Numbered from the stretch's first letter, positions 8,375 through 19,456 are shown. The stretch is DNA of 50,414 bases from Candidatus Bipolaricaulia bacterium (GCA_046758705.1 JBHIAT010000004.1:1-50414), one strand, 5' to 3'. Notes: generated by a model from the letters alone, not told the origin. Numbers and translations are program-made.

Positions 8375-9181
8375 CTACCCCAACTTCAAGGCGATCCAGA
8401 CGAAGTTCGTACTCTGCAAATGTCCGGCATCCGTCCAGCCGTTCGGCGTCTCGTCCGGATCCCAGTACGCCAACGCCAGCTGGTACGTTTCTCCAATGAG
8501 GAACTGAAGATCTTGAGGATCGCCGGTCTGCAACGGTCTTGACATCTCAAAGATGTAGACCCCCGGTGTCCCGTTGCCGCCCGCTTGGCCTGTGTGGCTC
8601 CAGGCGCCGGTGAGCTTGTTGTCTTGGTCGTCATCGTGTCGATCGAATGGTGTGGTGGCATACTCATCGTCGAAGTTTGCGTCGGGATCGTTCCCCCCTG
8701 CGCCTCCGGTAGAGCTGGCCAACCCTCCGGTCAGGACGCCCGGCGAGGTCTCAAGCTCCCAGTGCCAGATATCGACCATCCCCAGACTGGTGGACAGGTT
8801 CACCCCGTCCGTGCCCATGTGGGGACCGGCGCCCGCATCGATGGCGAACTGCACCGCGATGTGGCCCGACAGGTGGTGGTTCCCAATGACGAGGTCGTAA
8901 TCGTCCTGGATCTTGAGCAGGATGAACACCTGGTCATCGTTGTAGGCGGCTCTCAGCTCGACATCGACGAACCGGGTGGGGGGGCCGAAGGCCGGCACCA
9001 TAGAGACGGCCGTCCCCGGTATCCCGATCCAGTCGCTGGTATCGCCGTCGACGGTGATATCCGTTCTGACTGCCTGAACGGATACTATCGGTTCCCCGTA
9101 TGTGAAAACCGGCCATAGGACAATGAGAAGCCCAACACTTAACAACAGCGGTATAGATACTCCCTTCGTTCTTCTTGACAA
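8375..9181 (-). CDS. Exported haem b-binding DOMON-like protein (ethylbenzene dehydrogenase gamma / EB_dh family)
   Basis: Signal peptide; ITVDG...W, VELRAAYN...FILL, AVQF...HMG, VDIWHW, FEMSRPLQT, LALAYWD...H. Start at TTG 9181 after AAGGAGGTG. Confidence 0.7.
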   Translation of the reverse strand: MSRRTKGVSIPLLLSVGLLIVLWPVFTYGEPIVSVQAVRTDITVDGDTSDWIGIPGTAVSMVPAFGPPTRFVDVELRAAYNDDQVFILLKIQDDYDLVIGNHHLSGHIAVQFAIDAGAGPHMGTDGVNLSTSLGMVDIWHWELETSPGVLTGGLASSTGGAGGNDPDANFDDEYATTPFDRHDDDQDNKLTGAWSHTGQAGGNGTPGVYIFEMSRPLQTGDPQDLQFLIGETYQLALAYWDPDETPNGWTDAGHLQSTNFVWIALKLG

Positions 9182-9237
9182 TCGATCCACCTCCTTGAGA
9201 TTTGGTCCAGGTCGCTTGGCCATGACCATCATTATCC

Positions 9238-9324
9238 ACTCTAATGGGGTAAAGCGAAGTTTGCTATGATTTTAAGCAGGTTGAGAAATGCGCTTAGTCA
9301 TAGAGAGCTGTTAGATTTCTCACA
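9238..9324 (-). promoter_or_regulatory. Putative CRP/FNR promoter, triple box (repeat copy 2)
   Basis: -10 TAGAGT (9238-9243); boxes at 9265-9280, 9287-9302 and 9309-9324 (TGTTAGATTTCTCACA); aligns along its length with 8215-8301. Confidence 0.7.
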
Positions 9325-9343
9325 CTTGTGAGCGATTAGGACT

Positions 9344-10048
9344 CTACATTTTCCCCGCTAAGCCGTTTCGATCGCTGATGATGATCTGCCGACCCTCTAA
9401 GGTGATCAACCCTCGCTCCTTCAGTTGGCCCAACGCTCGAACCAATGTCTCTGGAGCCACCCCGATCATCTCCGCGAGTTCTATCCGCTTCAACCTCACC
9501 CCGATCACTACCCCGGAACGTCCCTCCACCCCGAACCGTTCCGCCAGATCGAGCAGAACTCGGGCAAGTTTCTCCCTGACCGACAGATAAGCAGCCGCTT
9601 CAGCCAATTCGTTCCAGGCGTCTCTGAGATCGTCGGCGAGCTGAGCCACGATCCTGGGAAAGATGCAGGAATGCTGGACAATGAAGCGCAGGAACTCCTG
9701 CCGTTCGATAAATCCCAATCGGGAGGGTTCCAGGGTCTTGGCACAGGTTGCGTAGGTAGCGCTGTCGAACAGGATATCCAGACCTAGAACCTCTCCAGGG
9801 CCGAGGATCTTTAAGATCCTTGATTTCTCAGCCTGCAGCTCCCTCATCAACTTGACCTTTCCTTCCAAGATGATGTAGAGGCCAAAGCTCGGAGCTCCCT
9901 GCTGGAAGATGAGCTCTCTACGTCCATAGTCGATGGGTTTGATGGTGGTGTTGAGTTCTACCAGCTCTTCTCGGCTGAGATCAGAGAACAGGGCGATATT
10001 GACCTTCAGTTTCCTCCACTGTTCAGATTGAGAGCGGTCTATTTTCAT
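9344..10048 (-). CDS. CRP/FNR family transcriptional regulator
   Basis: cNMP domain and HTH LKRIELAEMIGVAPETLVRALG; paralogue of 6467-7168. Confidence 0.92.
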   Translation of the reverse strand: MKIDRSQSEQWRKLKVNIALFSDLSREELVELNTTIKPIDYGRRELIFQQGAPSFGLYIILEGKVKLMRELQAEKSRILKILGPGEVLGLDILFDSATYATCAKTLEPSRLGFIERQEFLRFIVQHSCIFPRIVAQLADDLRDAWNELAEAAAYLSVREKLARVLLDLAERFGVEGRSGVVIGVRLKRIELAEMIGVAPETLVRALGQLKERGLITLEGRQIIISDRNGLAGKM

Positions 10049-10114
10049 GCTATCTTCCTAGATTTTCCTACCCACTATATGGGGAGTCATCCCCTTTAAA
10101 ACCTTTATCATCTA

Positions 10115-10179
10115 AATTTAATGGGATGGAACAAGAGTTGCAATGATCTAGATCATCTCAGTCTGTTAGATTTCTCACA
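10115..10179 (-). promoter_or_regulatory. Putative CRP/FNR promoter for 9344-10048
   Basis: -10 TAAATT (10115-10120); boxes at 10142-10157 (contains perfect palindrome ATGATCTAGATCAT) and 10164-10179 (TGTTAGATTTCTCACA). Confidence 0.7.
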
Positions 10180-10200
10180 CTACGGGAAGATCGCCGCAGC

Positions 10201-10266
10201 AGTGAGTTATCTCACAGATGATTTGTGAGAAACCTCACCGATAATCGAGAACCAATGGGGTAGAAT
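10201..10266 (+). promoter_or_regulatory. Putative CRP/FNR promoter for the HEAT-repeat gene (divergent)
   Basis: Boxes AGTGAGTTATCTCACA (10201-10216) and TGTGAGAAACCTCACC (10224-10239); -10 TAGAAT at 10261-10266. Confidence 0.7.
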
Positions 10267-10290
10267 CCATACCAGGGATTGTGAGAAAGA

Positions 10291-10767
10291 ATGGTGAGTA
10301 GAACAGCGCTGTCTTGGGTGCTTGTGACGTTAGTCGTATTAACAGGCGTCGTTGCCGCACACGCGGATCACAACCCAGAGATCAACGATCTCATCGAGGC
10401 ATTGCGAGATACGGAATGGCGGGTTCGCCGGAACGCTGCCGAGGCGCTGGGAGGGATTGGCCCGGACGCCTGGGAGGCGGTGCCCGTACTGATCGAAGCG
10501 TTGCGAGATGAAAAGTTGGAGGTTCGCTATTACGCCGCTGGAGCGCTGTGGGAGATTAGTCCTGGCACCCAGGAGGCGGTGCCCGCGTTGGTCGAGGCAC
10601 TGCAGGATGTGAACGGGGACGTGCGCAGGTTCGCCGCTTGGTTGCTGGGAGAGATGGGCCCTGACGCCCAGGAGGCAGTCCCTGCCTTGACCGAAGCGCT
10701 TCAGGACGAGGACGAGAGCGTGCGCCAGGCAGCCGCCGGGGCGCTTGAGAAGATCAGGGGTAAGTGA
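10291..10767 (+). CDS. Exported HEAT-repeat (PBS lyase-like) protein
   Basis: Signal peptide (AHA/D) and four repeats of the type LIEALRD...VRRNAAEALG..G...EAVP.L. Confidence 0.8.
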   Translation: MVSRTALSWVLVTLVVLTGVVAAHADHNPEINDLIEALRDTEWRVRRNAAEALGGIGPDAWEAVPVLIEALRDEKLEVRYYAAGALWEISPGTQEAVPALVEALQDVNGDVRRFAAWLLGEMGPDAQEAVPALTEALQDEDESVRQAAAGALEKIRGK

Positions 10768-10821
10768 GGCTCCCTGTCCCTTAAGCAACCTGTTCGGACC
10801 ATCGATCTTCCTGGAATTTTC

Positions 10822-11619
10822 CTACTCACCGTGGGGGTTCACCCCCAGCAGTTCCTCTATGCGGTGTTCAGCGTTGTGCGTATCTCCTGCAGCGAGGAGG
10901 TCCAGGGCCTTCTGGGCTTCGATCTTTTCTATGTCGGAGGCCAGCTCTATGAAGTGAGTGAGATGGTGCTGCGTTTCCTGGATATCATGATCGCGGACGG
11001 CCGTGAGCGCCAGCTCCAGATGGAACTGAGCCAGGGACTTGCCCTCCTGCTCAGCCAGGACTCCGACCATCTCCGCCAGCAGGTGCTCTGCCTCGTGGGC
11101 CTCGCCTGCGGCCAGCAGCTCGAGCACCTCCTCCATCTGGTGCTCATGCGCGTGCTCGTGGATAAAGTCCAGGGCGTGCTGGACGTGGTGGGCGGCATCC
11201 TGAAGGTCGTCCACCTTGATGGACTCTATAGCCATAAGGTGGTGGGCCAGCTCCGGCGCCTCCAGCTCGAACTCGTGGGCGTGCTCGCCCTCTAAGCTGA
11301 CGATGTAGGCCGCGATCTTCTCCAGGTCGTCATCGCTCAACTGGGTTGTAGAAAAGGCAGGCATGGCGCCCCGGGGGGTGCGTGTCTGTCTAAAGACGGC
11401 CTCCCGGGAGTGACCCGGCAGGGCGGGGGCAAAGGCGCTGCCTTCAGCATCCAGACCGTGACATGCGGCGCAGCCGAACCTCAAGAACAGGGTCTTGCCC
11501 GCCTCGATCAAGGCCATGTCTATATCCTCCTCGGCAGCCTCCTCGGTGACGGTCGCAGCCCCTAATAACAACGCCCCAGTGATCATGATCGCTAGTGTGG
11601 CACTAATCCTTTTTCTCAT
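10822..11619 (-). CDS. Monohaem cytochrome c with duplicated His-rich helical C-terminal domain
   Basis: Signal peptide, CAACHG, MPAF Met ligand, LSDDDLEKIAAYI; His/Glu-rich tail with two similar repeats. Start at ATG 11619 after GGAAGGAG. Confidence 0.8.
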   Translation of the reverse strand: MRKRISATLAIMITGALLLGAATVTEEAAEEDIDMALIEAGKTLFLRFGCAACHGLDAEGSAFAPALPGHSREAVFRQTRTPRGAMPAFSTTQLSDDDLEKIAAYIVSLEGEHAHEFELEAPELAHHLMAIESIKVDDLQDAAHHVQHALDFIHEHAHEHQMEEVLELLAAGEAHEAEHLLAEMVGVLAEQEGKSLAQFHLELALTAVRDHDIQETQHHLTHFIELASDIEKIEAQKALDLLAAGDTHNAEHRIEELLGVNPHGE

Positions 11620-11657
11620 GGTGCTCACTCCTTCCCTTTTCATTGCCATCGTTATTG

Positions 11658-11744
11658 AATCTAACGGATCAAAGCAAAATTTTCAATGATTTCGAGCAAT
11701 TCAAGGGGTGCGCTTGGTCATGAGAGGATGTTAGATTTCTCACA
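11658..11744 (-). promoter_or_regulatory. Putative CRP/FNR promoter, triple box (repeat copy 3)
   Basis: -10 TAGATT (11658-11663); boxes at 11685-11700, 11707-11722 and 11729-11744 (TGTTAGATTTCTCACA). Confidence 0.7.
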
Positions 11745-11889
11745 CTCTGGGAGGATCGCCACGGCGCAGAGGACAAGGTGGCGCGGGAGCGTTATGGAAA
11801 AGAGCGATGAACGGGTTGTGAAGATTTCAGGTAGGTGTTAAACTACCAGCGAGAACCGGCTTCAAACCTTTATGGGAAGTGGACTTTAC

Positions 11890-12588
11890 TCAATCTGCTC
11901 CAAGATGAGATGACCGCCGACATCGATTGCCTGTCACGGTCTCCGCCTCCGCCTGAGCGGAGCCGAAGTAACTGTTCATAAAACCGATCCGATTCAACGG
12001 CCAGACTCTGAAGAACGGCTCACCGATGAAATCGTCCTTGGAGACAAACTCCCAGAAGCGGCTGTCCAGGCTGTTGGGGCTGTTATCTCCGAGGACGAAG
12101 TAGGAGTCCTCGGGGACGATCCACTCCTCAAATCCCATGATCCCGGCGTTGCAGTAATAGCGATCGAACGCCTCGCCGACCAGTTTCTCCCCGTTCACGC
12201 GGACATCACCATTCTCAATCTGGACCCGTTGACCCTCGGTAGCGATCAGCCGTTTGACGAGGCGGAGCCGTTGTCCATTCTCCTCCTTACGCCAGAAGAC
12301 GATGATGTCACCCGGATTTGGCTCCCGGAATCGATAGGAAATCTTGTCGACGAAGAAGCTGTCCCTGGCCCGAATAGTCGGAACCATCGATCCGGTCGGC
12401 ACATTCACCCGCACTGTGACGAACGTTATCACTAACCAGGCCAACGCTCCGGCGATGGCGATCACCTCGACCCATCCCAGGATTCCATCAAGTCGTTGTG
12501 TCGTGCTCACTCCCAGTCGGTTCAGGATCTGCGCTAAATAGGATTTCTTTCGCTCTTTATCGGGCCGTTGTGCCTTGGATTCAGCCAT
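11890..12588 (-). CDS. lepB: Signal peptidase I
   Basis: TM helix then VPTGSMVPT (catalytic Ser), LVKRLIA (catalytic Lys), YFVLGDNSPNSLDSRFW. Confidence 0.93.
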   Translation of the reverse strand: MAESKAQRPDKERKKSYLAQILNRLGVSTTQRLDGILGWVEVIAIAGALAWLVITFVTVRVNVPTGSMVPTIRARDSFFVDKISYRFREPNPGDIIVFWRKEENGQRLRLVKRLIATEGQRVQIENGDVRVNGEKLVGEAFDRYYCNAGIMGFEEWIVPEDSYFVLGDNSPNSLDSRFWEFVSKDDFIGEPFFRVWPLNRIGFMNSYFGSAQAEAETVTGNRCRRSSHLGAD

Positions 12589-12610
12589 TTTTCTACGAAG
12601 AGATCTTAAC

Positions 12611-12834
12611 TTACTCTGTCACGACTGGCAAGATGAGTACGAAGGTCGCCCCGTGGCCCGGTTGGCTCTCGGCCCAGATGCGCCCGCCGTGGGCCTCGAC
12701 CAGCGCCTTGGCGATCGCCAGGCCTAACCCCGAGCCACCAGCTCGTGGGGATCGAACGGCTTGGGTACGTAATCGTCTGCACCCAACTCCAGGCCGACCA
12801 CCCGATCGGTCGTCTCGGTGCGCGCGGTGAGCAT
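12611..12834 (-). pseudogene. Remnant of an OmpR-type response regulator joined to the C-terminal remnant of a histidine kinase
   Basis: One frame reads [35 protein letters not shown] (receiver); an overlapping frame reads [38 protein letters not shown] (HATPase G2 box). Confidence 0.85.
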
Positions 12835-12855
12835 GAGGTGTCACCGAATTTTCTC

Positions 12856-15126
<2,271 letters not shown>

Positions 15127-15161
15127 GGCATCCTTCACCTCTTATCGCTTCCGCTAAACTT

Positions 15162-15227
15162 ATTTTAACCAGGTTTTTAGGAAGAATCCTATGATTTGAA
15201 TCAGATTATAAAATGAGTTTGGTCAGG
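15162..15227 (-). promoter_or_regulatory. Putative CRP/FNR promoter of maeB
   Basis: -10 TAAAAT (15162-15167); boxes TATGA-TTTGAA-TCAGA (15190-15205) and AATGA-GTTTGG-TCAGG (15212-15227), 22 bp apart. Confidence 0.6.
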
Positions 15228-15230
15228 AAC

Positions 15231-17540
15231 CTAAACTTCAGGGGGGATGTTGGCAATTACTCCTCGTTTCAACTTCGACTTTGCTCCGGCGGCCACCACC
15301 TGGCCGAACGATATCCCTCCATCACCACAGGGCAGTTTCTCATTGGTATAGAAGCGATAACCGGCCGTCTCGACCTCCGCTTTGATCGCAGAAGCGATCC
15401 TATCGTTATAAGCGACGCCGCCGCTTAACGAGATCGTCGGTATCCGGTTTGCTTCGGCGGCCTCGATCGCGATCCTCGCCACCCCGCGTGCCAGGGCGTG
15501 TTGGGCGGTGGCGGCGACATCCTCAACCGCTCGCTTCCGTTTCAACCGGAGGATCTCCTCGAACAGGGCGGGCACGTTCAGCAGCTTTCGGCCCCCGTCC
15601 ACGTCAAAGTTTAGGGGGATATCGAGCGCGTTCCCCGCGACAGCGGCCGACTCCAGCTTCATGGCCGGTTCCCCCTCGTAAGTCCGCTCGTCACAGATGC
15701 CAAGCAGCGCGCTGACGGCATCGAGGAACCGACCGGCGCTGCTCGTCTCGAAGGTGTTGATGCCCGCTCTCAACTGTTGGAGCACCACCTCCAGCTCAGT
15801 TGTTCCATGACGAAATTCCACATGGCGGCTGAGGATGTCTCGAAGCTCGTCTCGGCTGTATTTTCTACTCGCGTAGAGGATCCCGGCGACCATTCTGGCC
15901 GGATACTGGGTTGCCACGTCCCCCCCTGGCATCGGCACGTTGCTCAGCCCGCCGACCTTGTCAAAGTCGGACCGGGTGGCGATGAGCACCTCTCCCCCCC
16001 ACACCCGTCCGTCGGCTCCGTACCCGATCCCATCCAAGGCAATGCCGACCGTTCTCTCCAGATCGTGTTCTCCCAGCACCGAGGCGATGTGAGCATGATG
16101 GTGTTGAACTGGGGTCACCTGACCCCCGAGTTCCTCAGCCAGCCGGGTCGTCATGAACTGTGGGTGCAGGTCGCAGGCGATATACTCTGGCATGCTTTGA
16201 CCGGTGATCCTGAGCAGATGTTCGATCGCTTGCTTCAAATAGTTGAAGGTCTCGACGTTGTCAACATCTCCGATATATTGGGACAGGTAGCACCTGCCGT
16301 CGGCGTAGACGGCGGCGGCCACATCCAGCTCCGGGCCCAACGCCAGGATCGACTCGCAGTCGAGGTCGAGGGCAACCTCGATGGGGGCAGGTGCCCAACC
16401 GCGGGAGCGGCGGATGAGCCTCCATCCCCCACCGCTCCATCGCATGACCGAATCGTCGCATCGGGCGACGATCCGCCGGTCGTGCAGTAGAAAATCGTCG
16501 GCGACCTCCTTCAGGCGTGCTTCGATCTCCTCGTTCTCGATCAGCACGGGCTCTCCTGGCATGTTGGCGCTGGTCATCACCAGCGGGAAATCAATCCGGT
16601 CGAACAGCAGATAGTGAAGGCCCGAGTAAGGCAACATGACGCCGAGGTTGTGCAGCCCCGGTACGATTGAGGACGCCAACGCTGATCCGTTTCGCCGGTT
16701 CAGGATCACGATGGGCCGTCGGAACGTCCGCATCATCTCCAGCTCCTCGTCGGAGATGATCGCGATCTCGGAGAGCATCTCCTCGGTGGCCATCAAAGCA
16801 AACGGCCGCATCGGTCGGTTCCGTCGCCTACGCAGCCTGCTGACCGCTCGTTCATCGGTAGCATCGCAGCTAAGATGGGTGCCACCAATGCCCTTGATGG
16901 CGACGATCCTTCCCTGCTTAAGCGCGCCCGCTGCTTCTCCGATCGGATCCTCACAGCCGTCGAAGTTAAAGGAAAGTTGGGGTCCACAGGTCTGGCAGGC
17001 GATCGTTTGAGCGTGGTAGCGGCGATCAAGTGGGTCGGTATACTCGGCTTCACAATCCGAGCACATCGGAAAATCGACCATCGAGGTTCGCTCCCGGTCG
17101 TAAGGCAATCGATCGATCACCGTAAACCGTGGGCCGCAGTTCACGCACGAGGTCGCCCAATAGTGATGGTAACGGGTGAAGTTCCTCACGTCATCGACGC
17201 ACTCAGCGCAGATGGCCGTATCTGGAGGGATGGTGCCGGACCCGGTCCCCCCCGATTCGGAGTCGAGGATCAAAAAGTCGGTCAATCGACCGTTCAATCG
17301 GATCGCGGCCACCTCCAACGACTCGATCTCGGACAAGGGAGGTTGCTTCACCTCCAGATCGTGCAGGAAGCAGTCGATGTCCTCGGGGTCGCCTTGGACG
17401 ATGATCTCAACTCCGGCGTCGCCCAGGTTCCGAACACTGCCCGCCAGGCCGTTGGCGATGGCGATGCGATAGATGAACGGACGAAATCCGACACCTTGCA
17501 CGATCCCGTTCACGGTGATCCGCTTCTGAACCTGATTCAT
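15231..17540 (-). CDS. hypF: Carbamoyltransferase HypF
   Basis: Acylphosphatase GIVQGVGFRPF, zinc fingers (CAEC, CVNCGPRF, CSDC, CQTCGP), KGIGG, QHHHAH, DGIGYG, GDGGISFGQ. Confidence 0.96.
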   Translation of the reverse strand: MNQVQKRITVNGIVQGVGFRPFIYRIAIANGLAGSVRNLGDAGVEIIVQGDPEDIDCFLHDLEVKQPPLSEIESLEVAAIRLNGRLTDFLILDSESGGTGSGTIPPDTAICAECVDDVRNFTRYHHYWATSCVNCGPRFTVIDRLPYDRERTSMVDFPMCSDCEAEYTDPLDRRYHAQTIACQTCGPQLSFNFDGCEDPIGEAAGALKQGRIVAIKGIGGTHLSCDATDERAVSRLRRRRNRPMRPFALMATEEMLSEIAIISDEELEMMRTFRRPIVILNRRNGSALASSIVPGLHNLGVMLPYSGLHYLLFDRIDFPLVMTSANMPGEPVLIENEEIEARLKEVADDFLLHDRRIVARCDDSVMRWSGGGWRLIRRSRGWAPAPIEVALDLDCESILALGPELDVAAAVYADGRCYLSQYIGDVDNVETFNYLKQAIEHLLRITGQSMPEYIACDLHPQFMTTRLAEELGGQVTPVQHHHAHIASVLGEHDLERTVGIALDGIGYGADGRVWGGEVLIATRSDFDKVGGLSNVPMPGGDVATQYPARMVAGILYASRKYSRDELRDILSRHVEFRHGTTELEVVLQQLRAGINTFETSSAGRFLDAVSALLGICDERTYEGEPAMKLESAAVAGNALDIPLNFDVDGGRKLLNVPALFEEILRLKRKRAVEDVAATAQHALARGVARIAIEAAEANRIPTISLSGGVAYNDRIASAIKAEVETAGYRFYTNEKLPCGDGGISFGQVVAAGAKSKLKRGVIANIPPEV

Positions 17541-17944
17541 CCGATATTGTCCCTGTCCTTCTCCGGTTCTGTTACATCCTCAACGACCAGGCTGACGAGC
17601 TGCAAATCTTTGCCCTCGGTGACCTCCACCGCACCCTCACACTTCGGACACGTTAAGATGGGCACGATAAAGTGGTATTCCAGATCCTTGTGGTATTCGA
17701 TCCCGCCGGAATAACCACATAGGGTGCATTCGATCCCGACCTTGACCTCCTCGACGATCAGCTCCGACCCTTCCAACACGGTGCGCTCCGTCAGAATCTC
17801 GTAGGCGCTCTGCAGCGCCGTCTCAGACAGGATGAGCAATTCCCCCTTTCTCAACCGGACTTCTCTGACCCGGTTGACCGGTTCCTCGGCCAACCGGTCC
17901 AGGAGGGTCCGGACGAGTTCGTTGGCCACCGAGAACTCATGCAT
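17537..17944 (-). CDS. hypA: Hydrogenase nickel chaperone HypA
   Basis: N-terminal MHE, CTLC and CPKC pairs, GKDLQL. Confidence 0.93.
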   Translation of the reverse strand: MHEFSVANELVRTLLDRLAEEPVNRVREVRLRKGELLILSETALQSAYEILTERTVLEGSELIVEEVKVGIECTLCGYSGGIEYHKDLEYHFIVPILTCPKCEGAVEVTEGKDLQLVSLVVEDVTEPEKDRDNIG

Positions 17945-17954
17945 GTTAACCCGC

Positions 17955-18611
17955 TTAACTAGAGATAATAGGGATCAAACTCAACCGTTCAATGATCTGA
18001 TCGATCCCCGTGCCGTGCTTCGCATCGGTCAGCACGGCGGTGCCATGGGGGTTAATCCGCCGATAATCATCGAGAATGATGTTGGGATCGACCTCGACGG
18101 CATCGGCCAGATCGATCTTGTTGATCACGACAAAGTCGGTTTGAGCGAAGATCTTGGGATGTTTGCGAACCATATCATCGCCCTCGGTGACGGAGATGAC
18201 CACGATATCTCGTTCGGCCCCTAACGGGAAATCTGCGGGACAGACCAGATTGCCGACGTTCTCGATGAACAGCACATCGAGCTCGTCCAACGGCAGGTTC
18301 TCCAGCGTATGCAACACCATATGGGCGTCCAGGTGGCACTCCGTCTTGGTGTTCAGATTGGCCGCGGGAATGCCCAGATCGGTGTAACGGCGGTAATCAT
18401 CGTCCCCGGCCACATCTCCGGCGATCGCTCCAAACCGGACCTCCTCTGCTAATCGTTCGACGATCCTTTCGATCAGTTCCGTCTTGCCGCTTCCGATGGC
18501 CCCCATCACGTTGAAGGCCCGCACTCCGCGTTTCTCTAATGACTGTCTCACTTCTGAGGCCATGCGCGCTAAAGCCTTGAAGATCGACGTATCGAGCCTG
18601 ATATCATGCAT
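17955..18611 (-). CDS. hypB: Hydrogenase nickel-incorporation GTPase HypB
   Basis: GAIGSGKT, ECHLDA, ENVGNLVCPADFPLG, VTEGDD...KHP, NKID. Start at ATG 18611. Confidence 0.94.
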   Translation of the reverse strand: MHDIRLDTSIFKALARMASEVRQSLEKRGVRAFNVMGAIGSGKTELIERIVERLAEEVRFGAIAGDVAGDDDYRRYTDLGIPAANLNTKTECHLDAHMVLHTLENLPLDELDVLFIENVGNLVCPADFPLGAERDIVVISVTEGDDMVRKHPKIFAQTDFVVINKIDLADAVEVDPNIILDDYRRINPHGTAVLTDAKHGTGIDQIIERLSLIPIISS

Positions 18612-18684
18612 CCATCGCACCTCTTTTCCTATTTCAGGATAAGCTCCCCCTGTGCAGGAAGCCATAGTACAAATCAGTTGAGAA

Positions 18685-18700
18685 GATGACTTATATCATA
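18685..18700. promoter_or_regulatory. Single CRP-type box upstream of hypB
   Basis: GATGA-CTTATA-TCATA; its spacing to the candidate -10 (TACTAT, 18664-18669) differs from the other promoters. Confidence 0.4.
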
Positions 18701-18724
18701 TCCCGTGAGAAGTGGGTGCCCTGG

Positions 18725-19456
18725 TTACAGGACATTCTCCTTAAGCGTGATGGGAGGGGTTCTTGACAGCCGTTCCAATCCTTCAGGATTCAGAACCTTG
18801 ATCCCGCCATTGAGCTTAAGAAGGCCCCTACGATGAAGTCGGCTCAAAATGCGGATGGCTGTCTCCGGGGAGACACCGGCCATCTCGGCCAGTTCCCTGC
18901 GTGTGAACTCGATCTCTATGACCAGGCCGTCCGCTTCCTGGATCCCGTAGGCTCGTGCCAGACGCACCAGTACGCTGACCACCCGCTCCATACCACTTCC
19001 ATAGGTGGTTTCCGTGAGTTTGGCCTCGTACCCCTTGAGCTCTCTGGAGAGTTTTTCAACCAGCTTGAACCCAACCTCTGGATGCCGACAGGTCAGGCTC
19101 AGGAAGTCGCCCCGCCTCACGAACTTGACGGCTGTCGGCTTCAGGGTTTCAGCATCGGCCTGGTGGTACGTGTCGCCGAACAGACTCTCCTCTCCCAGCA
19201 CCTCTCCCGAGTCGAGCAGCTTTAAGATCCGTTGTTTCCCCTTGACCGAGTGCTTGACCAACTTCACCCGTCCCGCACAGACAATGTACAGACCTACCGC
19301 CGCATCCCCCTGTCGGAAGATGAGCTCACCCGGTCCATAGGTTTCATCCTGGACCCCATGGAGCAATCCGAAGAACTCGTCGTCGTCAAGGTCCGAGAAG
19401 ATCCACGAGCAGCCTTTTGGACTCGGGCATTCGGCACACATGAGATGCGCTGTCAT
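18725..19456 (-). CDS. CRP/FNR family transcriptional regulator with N-terminal Cys motif
   Basis: CAECPSPKGC, cNMP domain, HTH FTRRELAEMAGVSPETAIRILS; close paralogue of 5395-6126. Confidence 0.92.
   Translation of the reverse strand: MTAHLMCAECPSPKGCSWIFSDLDDDEFFGLLHGVQDETYGPGELIFRQGDAAVGLYIVCAGRVKLVKHSVKGKQRILKLLDSGEVLGEESLFGDTYHQADAETLKPTAVKFVRRGDFLSLTCRHPEVGFKLVEKLSRELKGYEAKLTETTYGSGMERVVSVLVRLARAYGIQEADGLVIEIEFTRRELAEMAGVSPETAIRILSRLHRRGLLKLNGGIKVLNPEGLERLSRTPPITLKENVL

Noticed and set aside
9223-9243. Leaderless translation from ATG 9232, right after the -10 box
   Set aside because: A strong RBS (AAGGAGGTG) before in-frame TTG 9181 gives a cleaner signal peptide.
8209-11746. Repeated ~95-bp segments as a CRISPR array or MITE
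   Set aside because: Copies are about 1 kb or more apart, each directly upstream of a gene, with no spacer pattern, terminal inverted repeats or cas genes; a promoter explains them.
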